The notes: generated from the sequence alone by a model not told the origin. Counted from the first letter of the stretch, positions 18,690 through 37,474 are shown. The stretch is 64,000 nucleotides of DNA from the human T2T-CHM13v2.0 reference genome, Homo sapiens (GCF_009914755.1 NC_060943.1), one strand, 5' to 3'. Numbers and translations are program-made.

Positions 18690-19005
18690 CTTTAGAAGAG
18701 AAGAACCACCTGGCTCTGTTCTTGACTCTGGAAAAGAATCCTTTTCTAGAATTATTTAGGTTGTTGCCAGATTAATTTCCTTTAGAGAGTTTCCTTGCCC
18801 CCACGACTTCCTATCTTTAAAGCCAACAATAGTATGTGAAATCCCTTTCATATTTGAAACCACTGACTATTGCTGCTGCATCTCTCCGGTTTCTCCTATT
18901 CTTAAGTGCTTGGGCAATCCAGAATAATCTCCCAATGCTAAAGTCAGCTGATTAATAAACTTAATTACAATGCAGAGTCCTTTTTGCCATGTAACATAAC
19001 CATGG
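18690..19005 (-). mobile_element. MLT1-type LTR fragment
   Basis: aatccagaataatctccc...gtcagctgattaataaacttaatt...ttttgccatgtaacataac. Confidence 0.6.
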
Positions 19006-20339
19006 GAATTACTCTGGGGTTGTAGATCTGGCTATGATATGATGACACTAATGAATATTTTGCAATAAAAACATACTATTTTAAAATATATATATACATA
19101 TATCTTTATATATGTATATTTCTACAGAATTATTACAAGTTATGTCTTATGATGGTTTCTTATAAGAAGCAAGGAGGAAAAGGTCCTTAACATTTTCAAT
19201 TGTGTTTTTTTTAATAATAAAGCATGCATTCTAATTTACAAAAACCACAATAAAGGTACTTTCATCATGTCAGTCTTGAGGCTGAACAACACTTAACATT
19301 CTTTTTCCTTTTACCTGTCTGCCTTCTCCCTTCCCCTACACTCTCTATACCCCACCCTCCAGGCTCTCTGTTCCATCATCTTATGCGTATGGCCCCTTTC
19401 CCCTGTGCCCTCTTATTACTTCCATCTATCACGCAGACACACACTGTCACTCCCCTAAACACTCTAGTGTTAAACAATTGCTGCTGATTGTTTTTTGACA
19501 AGTGCCCTATGGGTAGGAGTGTTCACATAAATAAAGTCAAGCCAAATAGAGAAATACTATGAGAATAGACCTATTCAGCAGGCTGCAAAGCAGGCTTAGT
19601 AGTGAACATTCTGTGGGGATGGAGGCTTTTGGGTGTTTCAGAGCCATTTCTGCCATTTTCAGAGCCATTTCTACCTCCTCAAGTGCAGATATTCTGCTAG
19701 GGTGCAGATATTCACTGTTACTGTTGTTAAAAGGTGCTTGCTTTTCAAGGCTACCTTGAAGCTGAGGATATGGGGATAGGATTAGGGCAAGCTAAATACC
19801 ACAAGCTCACTGTGGCCGGCATTGTAGACTTAATTGGCCATTCTAGAAGAGGAACTAACTGGCTTCTAGCCAGGGCCTAAAAACTAGATCTAGATAGCCA
19901 AAAAGATTACATTAAACTTCCTCTAGTGTCCCATCTATCAGATTCCAATCCTGAAGGACCAAGTCAATCTCTCTTCTATTTCATCTCCTTTCTCCCATCT
20001 TATAAAAGATCTTTGGAAAACTCTGTTTATTTCATATATAACAGAGCTGATATTTGTATGTTTTGTGGAGATGATGTTTCATCATGTTGCCCAGGCTGGT
20101 CTTGAACTTTTGGGCTCAAGCAATCCTCCCACCTCGACCTTCCAAAGTGCCAGGATTACAGGCATAAGCCACCATGCCTGTCTTAACATTTAATCTTTTC
20201 AAATTACTTCACTATGTATTCTTTTTTGTTGTTGTTCTTTTTTTCTGTTTACTTCACTGTGTATTCTAAGCACAAATAAGAAATTCTTATTTCCTAATTA
20301 TTGTTTATTTCCATATATATAATATATTTTTTTAATAAG

Positions 20340-20628
<289 letters not shown>

Positions 20629-20941
20629 ATTTCCTAATATTTGTATACACTTGCTATATTTTTATTTTTACCACACATAAAAATCAAGGCAAATGCAAGC
20701 CATGGATCTTATACATACAAAGGCATGTAGAACTATAATCATATAGTGAATATTCATGCATACTGAGGCAGGTTTTTAGATGCTCAGAGTCTGAAATTGC
20801 ACTGCATGGTATTTCCATAAAATGTCCTGGGGCATACTCGGACAGAATAGCTCAAGTGCAAATTATAAGCATATATTCCCCAAATTGTATCCTGTTTGAA
20901 TTCATCAAAGTTGAAATGAAGGAAAAAATAATAAGGGCAGC

Positions 20942-21911
20942 TGTGGGGAAAAGAAAGAGAGATCAGACTGTTAACTTGTCTATGTAGAAAGAAGTAGACA
21001 AAAGAGACTCCATTTTGTTCTATACTAAGAGAAATTCTTCTGCCTTGAGATGCTGTTAATCTGTAACCCTAGCTCCAACCCAGTGCTTGCAGAGACATGT
21101 GTTGTGTTGACAGAAGGTTTAATGGTTTTAGGGCTGCGCAGGATGTGCTTTGTTTAAAAAGTGCTTGAAGGCAGTATGCTTGGTAAAAGTCATCACCATT
21201 CTCCAATCTCAAGTACCCAGAGACACAATACACTGCACAAGCCCACAGGGACCTCTGCCTAGGAAAGCCAGGTATTGCCCCAGGTTTCTCCCCATGTGAT
21301 AGCCTGAGATATGGCCTCATGGGAAGGGAAAGACCTGACTGTCCCCCAGCCCAACACCCATAAAGGGTCTGTGCTGAGGAGGATCAGTAAAAGAGGAAAG
21401 CCTCTTTGCAGTTGAGATAAGAGGAAGGCATCTGTCTCCTGCTCATCCCTGGGAATAGAATGTCTCGGTGTAAAACCTGACTGTATGTTCTGTTTACTGA
21501 GATAGGAGAAAACCACCTTAGGGCTGCAGGTGAGACATGCTGGCAGCAATACTGCTCTTTATTGCACCGAAATGTTTGTGCTCGTGCACATCAAGGCACA
21601 GCAGCTTTCCTTAAACTTATTTATGACACAGAGACCTTTGTTCACATGTTCTCCTGCTGACCCTCTCCCCACTATTACCCTATTGTCCTGCCACATCCCC
21701 CTCTCCGAGATGGTAGAGATAATGATCAATAAATACTGAGGGAACTCAGAGACCAGGGCCAGCTGCGCAGGTCCTCCATATGCAGAGCGCCAGTCCCTGG
21801 GGCCCCCTTTTCTTTCTCTATACTTTGTCTCTGTCTCTTATTTCTTTTCCTGGTCTCTCGTCCCACCTGACGAGAAACACCCACAGGCTGTGGAGGGGGT
21901 GGCCCCCTTCA
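20942..21911 (+). mobile_element. HERV-K(HML-2) solo LTR, older LTR5A/B type, inserted in L1 ORF1
   Basis: TGTGGGGAAAAGAAAGAGAGATCAG...CCCCTTCA; TSD GGCAGC; L1 ORF1 resumes on both sides. Confidence 0.9.
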
Positions 21912-23380
21912 GGCAGCCAGAGAGAAAGGTCGGCTTACCCACAAAGGGAAGCCCATGTGACTAACAGCAGATCTCTCAGCAGAAACCCTACAAGCCAGAA
22001 GAGAGTGGGGGCCAATATTCAACATTCTTAAAGAAAAGAACTTTCATCCTAGAATTTCATATCCAGCCAAACTAAGCTTCCTATATGAAGGAAAAATAAA
22101 ATTCTTTACAGACAAGCAAATGCTGAGAGATTTTGTCACCACCAGGCCTGCCTTACAAGAGCTCCTGAAGGAAGCACTAAACATGGAAAGGAACGACCGG
22201 TACCAGCCACCACAAAAACATGCCAAATTATAAAGACCATAGATGCTAGGAAGAAACCACATCAACTAACGAGCAAAATAACCAGCTAACATCATAATGA
22301 CAGGATCAAATTCACACATAACAATATTAACCTTAAATGTAAATGGGCTAAATGCTCCAATTAAAAGACACAGACTGGCAAATTGGATAGAGTCAGGACC
22401 CATCAGTGTGCTGTATTCAGGAGACCCATCTCACGTGCAGACACACACATATGCTCAAAAAAAAAAAAAGGGATGGAGGAAGATCTACCAAGCAAATGGA
22501 AAACAAAAAAAAGCAGGGGTTGCAATCCTAGTCTCTGAGAAAACAGACTTTAAACCAACAAAGATCAAAAGAGACAAAGAAGGCCATTACATAATGGTAA
22601 AGGGATCAATTCAACAAGAAGAGCTAACTATCCTAAATATATATGCACCCAATACTGGAGCACCCAGATTCATAAAGCAAGTCCTTAGAGACCTATAAAG
22701 AGACTTAGACTCCCACACAATAATAATGGGAGACTTTAACTTGCCACTGTAAACATTAGACAGATCAACGAGACAGAAAGATAACAAGGATATCCAGGAA
22801 TTGAACTCAGCTCTGCACCAAGTGGACCTAATAGACATCTACCGAACTCTCCACCTCAAATCAACAGAATATACATTTTTCCTAGCACCACATTGCACTT
22901 ATTCCAAAATTGACCACATAGTTGGAAGTTAAGCACTCCTCAGCAAATGTAAAAGAACAGAACTTATAACAAACTGTCTCTCAGACCACAGTGCAATCAA
23001 ACTAGAGCTCAGGATTAAGAAACTCACTCAAAACCGCTCAACTACATGGAAACTGAACAACCTGCTCCTGAATGACTACTGGGTACATAACGAAATGAAG
23101 GCAGAAATAAAGATGTTCTTTGAAACCAATGAGAACAAAGACACAACATACCAGAATCTCTTGACACAGTTAAAGCAGTGTATAGAGGGAAATTTATAGC
23201 ACTAAATGCCCACAAGAGAAAGCAGAAAAGATCTAAAATTGACACCCTAACATCACAATTAAAAGAACTGGAGAAGCAAGAGCAAACACATTCAAAAGCT
23301 AGCAGAAGGCAAGAAATAACTAAGATCAGAGCAGAACTGACGGAGATACAGACATAAAAAACACTTCAAAAAATCAATGA

Positions 23381-23787
<407 letters not shown>

Positions 23788-24404
23788 TAAATAGAAAAAG
23801 AGGGAATCCTCCCTAACTCATTTTATGAGGCCAGCATCATCCTGATACCAAAGGCTGGCAGAGACACAACATAAAAATAGAATTTTAAACCAATATCCCT
23901 GATGAACATCGATGCAAAAATCCTCAATAAAATACTGGCAAATCAAATCCAGCAATACATCAAAAAGCTTATCCACCAAGATCAAGTTGGTGTCATCCCT
24001 GGGATGCAAGGCTGGTTCAACATACACAAATCAATAAACATAATCCATCACATAAACAGAACAAAAGGCAAAAACCACATGATTATCTCAATAGATGCAA
24101 AAAAGGCATTCGACAAAATTCAACAGCACTTCATGCTAAAAACTCTCAATAAACTAGGTATTGATGGGATGTATCTCAAAATAATAAGAGCTACTTATGA
24201 CAAACCCACAGCCAATATCATACTGAATGGGCAAAAACTGGAAGCATTCCCTTTGAAAACTGGCACAAGACAGGGATGCCCTCTCTCACCACTCCTATTC
24301 AACATAGTGTTGGAAGTTCTGGCCAGGACAATCAAGCAGGAGAAAGAAATAAAGGGTATTCAATTAGGAAAAGAGGAAGTCAAATTGTCCCTGTTTGCAG
24401 ATGA

Positions 24405-24554
<150 letters not shown>

Positions 24555-25620
24555 TGAACTCTCATTCATAATTGTTACAAAGAGAATAAAATACCTAGGA
24601 ATCCAACTTATAAGGGATGTGAAGGACCTCTTCAAGGAGAACTACAAACCACTGCTCAACGAAATAAAAGAGGACACAAACAAATGGAAGAACATTCCAT
24701 GCTCATGGATAGGAAGAATCAAGATCGTGAAAATGGCCATACTGCCCAAAGTAATTTATAGATTCAATACCATCCCCATCAAGCTACCAATGACTTTCTT
24801 CACAGAATTGGAAAAAACTACTTTAAAGTTCATATGGAACCAAAAAAGAGCCCATATTGCCAAGACAATCCTAAGCCAAAAGAACAAAGCTGGAGGCATC
24901 ACGCTACCTGACTTCAAACTATACTACAAGGCTACAGTAACCAAAAGAGCACGATACTGGTACCAAAACAGAGATATAGACCAATGGAACAGAACAGAGC
25001 CCCCAGAAATAGTACCACACATGTACAACCATCTGATCTTTGACAAACATGACAAAAACAAGAAATGGGGAAAGGATTTCCTATTTAATAAATGGTGCTG
25101 GGAAAACTGGCTAGCCATATATAGAAAGCTGAAACTGGATCCCTTCCTTACACCTTATACAAAAATTAATTCAAGATGGATTAAAGACTTAAATGTTAGA
25201 CCTAAAACCATAAAAACCCTAGAAAAAAACCTAGGCAATACCATTCAGGCCACAGGCATGGGCATGGACTTCATGACTAAAACACCAAAAGCAATGGCAA
25301 CAAAAGCCAAAATTGACAAATGGGATCTAATTAAACTAAAGAGCTTCTGCACAGTAAAAGAGACTACCATCAGAGTGAACAGGCAACCTACAGAATGGGA
25401 GAAAATTTTTACAACCTACCCATCTGACAAAGGGCTAATATCTAGAATCTACAAAGAACTTAAACAAATTTACAAGAAAAAATCAAACAACCCTATCAAA
25501 AAGTGGGTGAAGGATATGAACAGACCCTTCTCAAAAGAAGACATTTATGCAGCCAACAGACACATGAAAAAATGCTCATCATCACTGGCCATCAGAGAAA
25601 TGCAAATCAAAACCACAATG

Positions 25621-26223
25621 TGTTACAGGAAGGCAGGGACCCCAAACAGAGAGACCAGATGGAGCTGCGGCAAAGGAACATAAATTGTGAAGATTTCACT
25701 TTAATATGGACATTTATCAGTTCTCAAATAATACTTTTATAATTTCTTATGCCTGTCTTTACTGTAATATCTTAATCCTGTTATCTTCATAAGCTGAGGA
25801 TGTACGTCACCTCAGGACCACTGTGATAATTGTGTTAACAGTGGTTCTGCTTTTGCCCTTTGCCCTGTGATCTTTGTTGGACCCATATCAGTGGTTCTAC
25901 TTTTGCCCTTTGCCCTTTTCCCTCAGAAAGATGTAATCTTTGTTAGACCCTTATCAGTGGTTCTGCTTTTTGCTCTTTGAAGCATGTGATCTTTGTACCT
26001 ACTCTCTGTTCTTACACCCCCTCCCCTTTTGAAACCCTTAAAAAAAAAACTTACTGGTCTGAGACTCAGGCGGGCATCACAGTCCTACCGATATGTGATG
26101 TCACCCCTGGAGGCCCAGCTGTAAAATTCCTCTCTTTGTATTGTCTTTATTTCTCAGCCGGCTGACACTTATGGAAAATAGAAAGAAACTACATTGAAAT
26201 ATTGGGGGCAGGTTCCCCCAATA
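25621..26223 (+). mobile_element. MER11 (HERV-K11/HML-8) solo LTR, internally deleted, inside L1 ORF2
   Basis: TGTTACAGGAAGGCAGGGACCCC...GGTTCCCCCAATA; TSD ACAATG/ACAACG splits L1 'aaccacaatg|agataccatc'. Confidence 0.85.
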
Positions 26224-26960
26224 ACAACGAGATACCATCTCACACCAGTTAAAATGGTGATCATTAAAAAGTCAGGAAACAACAGGTGCTGGAGAGGATG
26301 TGGAGAAATATGAACACTTTTACACTGTTTGTGGGACTGTAAACTAGTTCAACCATTGTGGAAGACAGTGTGGCGATTCCTCAAGGATCTAGAACTAGAA
26401 ATACCACTTGACCCAGCCATCCCATTACTGGGTATATACCCAAAGGATTATAAATCATGCTGCTATAAAGACACATGTCCATGTATGTTTATCGCGGCAC
26501 TATTCACAATAGCAAAGACTTGGAACCAACCCAAATGTCCATCAATGATAGACTGGATTAAGAAAATGTGGCACATATACACCATGGAATACTATGCAGC
26601 CATAAGAAAGGATGAGTTCATATCCTTTGTAGGGACATGGATGAAGCTGGAAACCATCATTCTGAACAAACTATCACAAGGACAGAAAGCCAAACACCAC
26701 AGGTTCTCACTCGTAAGTGAGAACTGAACAATGAGAACACTTGGACACAGGGTGGAGAACATCACATACCAGGGCCTGTCGTGGGGTGAGGGGAGTGGGG
26801 AGGGATAGCATTAGGAAAGATACCTAATGTAAATGACGAGTTAGTGGGTGCAGCACACCAACATGGCAAATGTATACATATGTAACAAACCTGTACATTG
26901 TGCACATGTACCCTAGAACTTAAAGTATAATAAAAAAAATTAAAAAATAAAAGATTAATG

Positions 26961-27266
<306 letters not shown>

Positions 27267-28291
27267 GAAAACAAGATTAATGTTCCCTCTGAAGAATAAA
27301 CATACATAGTGGGGTATTCTGCAGGGTGAGTAAAGTAGAAACTTTATATATTCAACCCAAAGCATATTTTGTTAATTAGCACTGTGGCCACTCCACTAGA
27401 ACAGAGTGGAACCCCACCCACACTTTGATTTGGATGCTGGGACTGATGACGTCACATAGTGAAGTATCATGAGAATATTTGTTACATAATGAGACTCTGG
27501 AAAGAGCAGGAGACTTCCCAAGCTGGTTCAAAAGTGGCTTGTGAGAGCAGGAAAATGTGTTGTGACTATGGTTAAGGAGTAGGGCAAGGGTAAAGGTACC
27601 CAGGCATGTCTTGAACTTCCAGCATATACCAAAGAAGGGAGCACTCAGGCTTTATTATCAACTTGCCCAAATAGTGTGGCTTAAAAGATGTCAGTAATCA
27701 ATCAAAAAATAGATTCAGATTCTTTAATTCAACACTGAATGTTTACTCTTGAAACTCCTGACTTCTAGGTTGAGAAAGACTTAATTTCCTCATGCTAAAA
27801 ACCTTATACATGTCCTTTCTTCAAGCATAAATAGGACCCTTTACATAACTGTTGAAAGTGCTTCCGAAATACTGCTTAGACAAATTGTCTACAATATTTT
27901 TACACTAGTCTTGTGAAAATTAATGTTTATAAGACTATAAAAATTGAATAACAAAAAAGCCATTTTTCAAAAAGCTGTAAAAATTTCTGTATGAGGTTAT
28001 CATAATAAGCATGGCATTCTATAATTTCTCAACTATAGCAAAACTTCATTTCTATTATTTATTTATTTATTATTTATTTATTTATTTTGAGACACAGTTT
28101 CACTCCAGCCTGGGTGACAGAGACTCTGTCTCAAAAAAATAATTGTTATTATTATTATACACTTTCCTAGAAATCATTTAACCCAATTTATAGATTTACA
28201 TTTGTTCCCTTGTACTTCAGTGAAAAACTTGGAGGATCCATAAATCAAGGTGGTATTTTCAGATTTGTGTGGCAAAAAATTTGTACAGAGA

Positions 28292-28679
<388 letters not shown>

Positions 28680-28915
28680 TTACATTTTAAGTTCAGTGAA
28701 ATAATTAGAATGATACAAGATACTGAACTGAAATTGTACAATGTGGAAGCAAAAGCTCTGTTACTAATGTGCAAGTATATCAACAGGATTTTTAAAACAC
28801 AACATGCTAATTATACCTTAAAATATATTTCTCCCAGTCTGGGCAACATGACGAAACCTCATCTCTACAAAAAATACAAAAATTAGCCAGGCATGGTGGC
28901 GTGAGCCTGTGATCC

Positions 28916-29453
28916 TGAGGCAGGAGAACATGGTCTGGAGGCAGGAAACCTAAGGCTGTTTCACGCTAACGTCCTTAAGCTAAATTGATGGGAAAACCCT
29001 AACTTTCCACACCTAAGTAACAAAAGGACCAGAGACTACTCCCTTTGCAAACCTCTACCTTTTCTGCCTGGCAGATGGGAAATTAAAAGTACCTCTGATT
29101 GGTTGCTTTTTGCAACCAATCAGATATTTGCGTAGGAGTGTGACTTTTGTAACTTTACTTCAGCCTCTGATTGGTTGACTGACTGCAGGCCACCATTTCA
29201 TTTACATTAGGTCAGCACCAAGCAGCCAACGGGAAACCTCTAGTAGTCATTTGGACCCAAGAAGATTCTGTATCTGGGCCACTGCTTGGGCCTGTTCCCA
29301 CACTGTGGAGTGTACTTTCATTTTCAATAAATTCCTGTTTTCATTCTTTTGATGCTGCATTCTTTCATTGCTTTGCTGGGTGTTTCTTCCAAGTCTTTGT
29401 TCAAAATGCCAAGAACCTAAACAACTTGCAGTCAAGACCCTCTACTGGTAACA
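28916..29453 (+). mobile_element. MER51A-like ERV1 5' LTR
   Basis: TGAGGCAGGAGAACATGGTCTGGAGGCAGG...GGTAACA; several CCAAT/ATTGG boxes, AATAAA ~29326; followed by a PBS. Confidence 0.8.
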
Positions 29454-31388
<1,935 letters not shown>

Positions 31389-31808
31389 ACTATTGCACTC
31401 CAGCCTGGGCAACAGGGTGGTGACATGATAATAATGTCAATTTACAAAGATGATTTGAGAATCTTGTCTGTATGCACTTAAAACCAGCTGCAAAACATGT
31501 GAAGCAACAAGTGACAGAAGTGAAAAGAATGTACAAATCTAGGTGGAGCACAGATTTTTAGGTTAGTGAAACATACTCCGTATGTTTCCCATATCCCAAA
31601 GCAACACTGTATTTGTCAAAGGACACTCTGAACACAACAAGCTCAGTGACTTACATTGTAAATTTACATCATTCTCCACCATATTCCATGCTGCTTAACT
31701 CACACAGTACAGTGACCTTAATCTTCCAGAAAACATGGATATGAAGGAACCACACCTAATGAAGCAGGCCCTCTCACCTTACTGATTTATTCCCAGAGAC
31801 CACAATGA

Positions 31809-32392
<584 letters not shown>

Positions 32393-32569
32393 GAGAAATG
32401 GTTTAAAATTTTACCACGTTAATTACATTTGCAAGGTTTCTATCCAGTATGAATAATTTGGTAAAGCCTGAAGACACACTACTGATTAAAGGTCCTTCCA
32501 TGTTAAGCACACTGATATGACTTTTTTCCTGTATAAATTCTCTCAAACTCCAAAAACATGAACATTTGA

Positions 32570-32869
<300 letters not shown>

Positions 32870-33280
32870 TGATTTTTAAAAAGGCTTACCACATTCGTTA
32901 CATTTGTAAGACTGTTCTCCAGTATGAATACTCTGATGTTTCCATTTGGATGTTCGGGTAAAAAGTCTTAGCACACACATTACATTTGTCAAAGATGTAT
33001 ATTCTGAGGTCTAGTGAGTTCAGACACCTCGGGGAAGCCTCTAGCACATACATTTATACGATTTCTTTCCAATATAAACTCTCAAGTAGTGACTGAACTC
33101 TGGTGAAGCTTCTGCCACCCTCATTTCATTTGTAAAGCATATCTGCACTTTGAGTTATAGATCCACAAGTTTTGACCTTTAAGTAGTATTCTTGCCACAT
33201 ATACTACACTTCTGTGATTTCTCTCCAGGATGTATATTCTTATGCCTAGTGAACACTTGCTTAAAACTTAGCTATATTCT

Positions 33281-33610
<330 letters not shown>

Positions 33611-33695
33611 CTATATTCACTCCATGTGTAAATATATTAGGCCATAATTGCATGGCTAGACAGAAATACCTGAGGCTAGGTAATGTATAAAGAGG

Positions 33696-33701
33696 TTTAA
33701 T
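33696..33701 (-). terminator. Candidate ZNF841 poly(A) signal ATTAAA inside the MST LTR
   Basis: Minus strand CAATTAAACCTCT, the native MST LTR poly(A) context, sense to the gene, ~620 nt after the stop. Confidence 0.55.
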
Positions 33702-33869
33702 TGACTCACAATTTTGCAGGCTTTATAGGAAACATGGCGCTGACGTCTGTTCACCCTCTCGGGAAACCTGAGGAAGGTTAAAATGATGGTGGGAGGTGAA
33801 GGGCATGTCACATGGCCAGAAGAACAAACAAGAGGGAGGTGCCATTCACTTTCGTGCGTGCGTGTGCGT

Positions 33870-34144
<275 letters not shown>

Positions 34145-34322
34145 TGAGAACTATCACAAGGACAGCAACAAGGGGATGGTACTAAAACTTTCTTGAGAAA
34201 GCCACCCCCATCATCCAATCACCTCCCACTAGGCTCCACCTCCAATACTGGAGATTACTACAATTCCACATGAGACTTCAAAGGGAAAGGACAAATATAC
34301 AAGCTATATGAGTAAGTATAAA

Positions 34323-36826
34323 TTATTTGGGGATCCCAGAGGTTAGGACAACATCTAACGGCCTTTCCACATTGAGTTTAGTTGTAAGGTTCTCTCCAGC
34401 ATGTTTTATCTGATGTTTAGTGAGGCCTGAGCGACTAATGTAAGATTTGCCACACTCATTACATTTATAAGGTTTTTCACTAGAATGAATTCGTTGGTGT
34501 TTAGTGAGGCAAGACCGCCGCCCAAACGCCTTGCCACATTCCATACATTTGTATGGCTTCTCTCCAGTATGGTTTCTCTGATGGTAAACCAAGTTTGACC
34601 TTTCGATAAAAGCTTTACCACATTCATTACATTTATAAGGTTTCTCTCCAGTATGCATCATCTGATGATTAAGCAGAATTGAACGTACTCTAAAGGCTTT
34701 GCCACACTCATTACATTTGTAAGGTTTCTCTCCAGTATGAATACTCCAATGACGTGCGAGGCCTGAGCGATAACGGAAGACCTTGCCACATTCATTACAT
34801 TTGTAAGGTTTCTCTCCAGTATGAATTCTCCGATGCCTTGCCAGGGTTGTAGTGGAGTTAAAGACTTTCCCACATTCAATACATTTGTATGGCATCTCTC
34901 CAGTATGTCTTCTCTGATGGTACACCAGACTTGTTTTATGACTAAAAGTTCTACCACATTCACTACATTTGTGTGGTTTCTCCCCAGTAGGATTTCTGTG
35001 ATATCTTGCAAGTTTTGAACTTTGGATAAAAGCCTCACCAAATTCATTACAGTGGTAAGGGTTCTCTCCAGTATGAATTACCAGATGTTTAGTGAGGCTT
35101 GAACGCTGAGTATAGGCTTTGCCACAATCATTACATTTATAAGGTTTCTCTCCGGTATGAATTTTCCGATGACGTGCTAGGCATGAGTAGTAACTGAAGA
35201 CCTTGCCGCATTCGTTACACTGGAAAGGTTTCTCTCCGGTATGACTTCGCCTATGAATTGAAAGGTTTCCACTGTCAATGAAGACCTTGCCACACACATT
35301 ACATTTGTAAGGTTTCTCTCCGGTATGCATTCTTTGATGACGTGCTAGGCATGAATAGTAAGTGAAGACCATGCCACATTTATTACAATGGAGAGGTTTC
35401 TCTCCAGTATGACATCTCATATGAACCGAAAGGTATCCACCGTAATTAAAGACCTTGCCACACACATTACATTTGTAAGGTTTCTCTCCGGTATGAATTC
35501 TCTGATGTACAGTTAGTAATGAGCCCCAATTAAAGGCTTTGCCACATTCATTACATTTGTAAGGTTTCTCTCCAGTATGAACTCTCTGATGCACTGCAAG
35601 ATGTGAATGTTGACTGAAGACCTTGCCACATTCATTACATTTGTAGGGTTTCTCTCCAGTATGAATTCTCCGGTGCCCTGCAAGACGTGAACGTTGAAAG
35701 AAGACCTTGCCACATTCATTACATTTGTAAGGTGTCTCTCCAGTATGAATTATCTGGTGCCTTACAAGTTGTGAATTCTGATAAAAGACCTTGCCACATA
35801 CATCACATGTATATGGTTTCTTTCCTGCATGGATTATATGATGTGCAGTGAGGCTTGAGTTCCGTTTAAAGGTTTTGCCACATTCATTACATTTGTAGGG
35901 TTTGTCTCCAGTATGAACTGTCTGATGAGTTGCAAGAGAGGAACTTTGACTAAAGCACTTCCCACATCGATTACATTTGTAAGGTTTCTCTCCAGTATGA
36001 ATTCTCTGATGAACTGCAAGGTGGGAACTTTTACTAAAGGACTTGCCACATTCATTACATATGTAGGGTTTGTCTCCAGTGTGACTTCTCCGGTGATTTA
36101 CAAGATCTGAATTTTGTCTGAAGATCCTGCCACATACATCACATTGGTATGGTTTCCCTCTTGTATGGACTATCTGATGTACTGTTAGTAGTGAGCCCCG
36201 ATGAAAGGCTTTACCAGACTCATTGCATCTGTAAGGTTTCTCTGTAGTATGTATCATCTGATGATTAATAAGACTTGAAGACACTCTGAAGGCTTTGCCA
36301 CACTCATTACCTATGTAAGGTTTTTCCCTAATATGTGTTTTCTCGTCTTGTGTAGGTAACGAAAGTTGCAAAAAATCATTCCCATATTTCCTAGAAATGT
36401 TGGTTTGGACACCAGGAAAAATTCTTTGAAGTGGTGAAGCTAAAAAACAATTATTAACTGTCCTCTCAATTTGATTACATCCATAAATTTTCTCTGCAGT
36501 TTGAAATTTCTGCAATTCACCCAGACCGGACTGAAACCTTAATATAAGCTGATTTTCCATATGCTTGTTTTCTACGTCCCCTTGACTATGTCGAACTCTT
36601 TGACCAGTAAGATTGTTTTTATGGGTCATCGGCCCTTCTTTATAATTTATTTCACCATCTTTCCATTGAAAGTCAACTTCCTGTAGATTTTTCCGGATTT
36701 CCCTGAAGTAAAAATTTTCAGTGTCATAGCTTTCATGTCCTTCCAACATCACTGCTTGGAATTTTTCTCCTGTGTTACTGTTCTGTATTGGTGGTAATTC
36801 CTTGATCACACATTTAGGAGAGATAC
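34323..36826 (-). CDS. ZNF841: ZNF841 last coding exon: spacer plus 20 intact and 3 degenerate C2H2 fingers
   Basis: ORF 34323-36911; acceptor ttttgcag|GTATC; joined CDS 15+127+129+2504=2775 nt = 924 aa. Confidence 0.93.
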
Positions 36827-37474
36827 CTGCAAAATATAATGAACATGGGGTTTTAAAATAACTATTATTGGTAAATATTATTTTATACTGAAAACACACT
36901 ACGCTAAACATAATGTTTATACTAGCAAGTTGTGAAACTTTTCTACCATGATCTTCTATTTGTAGAAATGCAAAATGAATAGAATTCTATAGTAAAGAAA
37001 AAGTGATTACATGTAATTTAAATCAATTTTAGGAAAGCCTAGTTTCAAACATCCTTCGACCAAAAGACTCATGTTATGCAAACATATATGAGCACCAAAA
37101 CAAGTATTTTGCAATCGCTGACCCCAAATGACACACCAATTGGCAGTAAACATATGGCTCCCTCATAATAGGAGAGAAAAAAAGTTACATATATTTATTT
37201 CATACAAATGAATGCCAAGCAACAGCAAGATATACTGTAATGGTAAATATTAACTAATAAATAATCATAATATAAATTAATTAATAAAACATTCTAATAG
37301 CCTGTGATAAAACCAGCAGGTAAATAATGAACAACCACAAAATACAAATCTATAGTATGAAATTCTAAACAATTCTCCATCAATAATAAGCAAGAATTTA
37401 TATTCTAGAGGCAGTATATAACTAGAAAATATGTTGAGATCACTGGCTTTTAAAGATAAAAGAAAGGTAAATAT

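Noticed and set aside
19470-19900. LTR-like segment with a short ttcagagccatttct repeat; similar unassigned fragment at 56788-56885
   Set aside because: Family could not be assigned with confidence from memory
34400-36330. Regular repeat-spacer pattern resembling a CRISPR-like array
   Set aside because: It is the TGEKPY linker periodicity of a coding zinc-finger array
36827-36911. ORF-track N-termini of the 862-aa ORF here and of the 579-aa ORF (4639-4657)
   Set aside because: Intronic sequence upstream of the splice acceptors, with non-ATG starts
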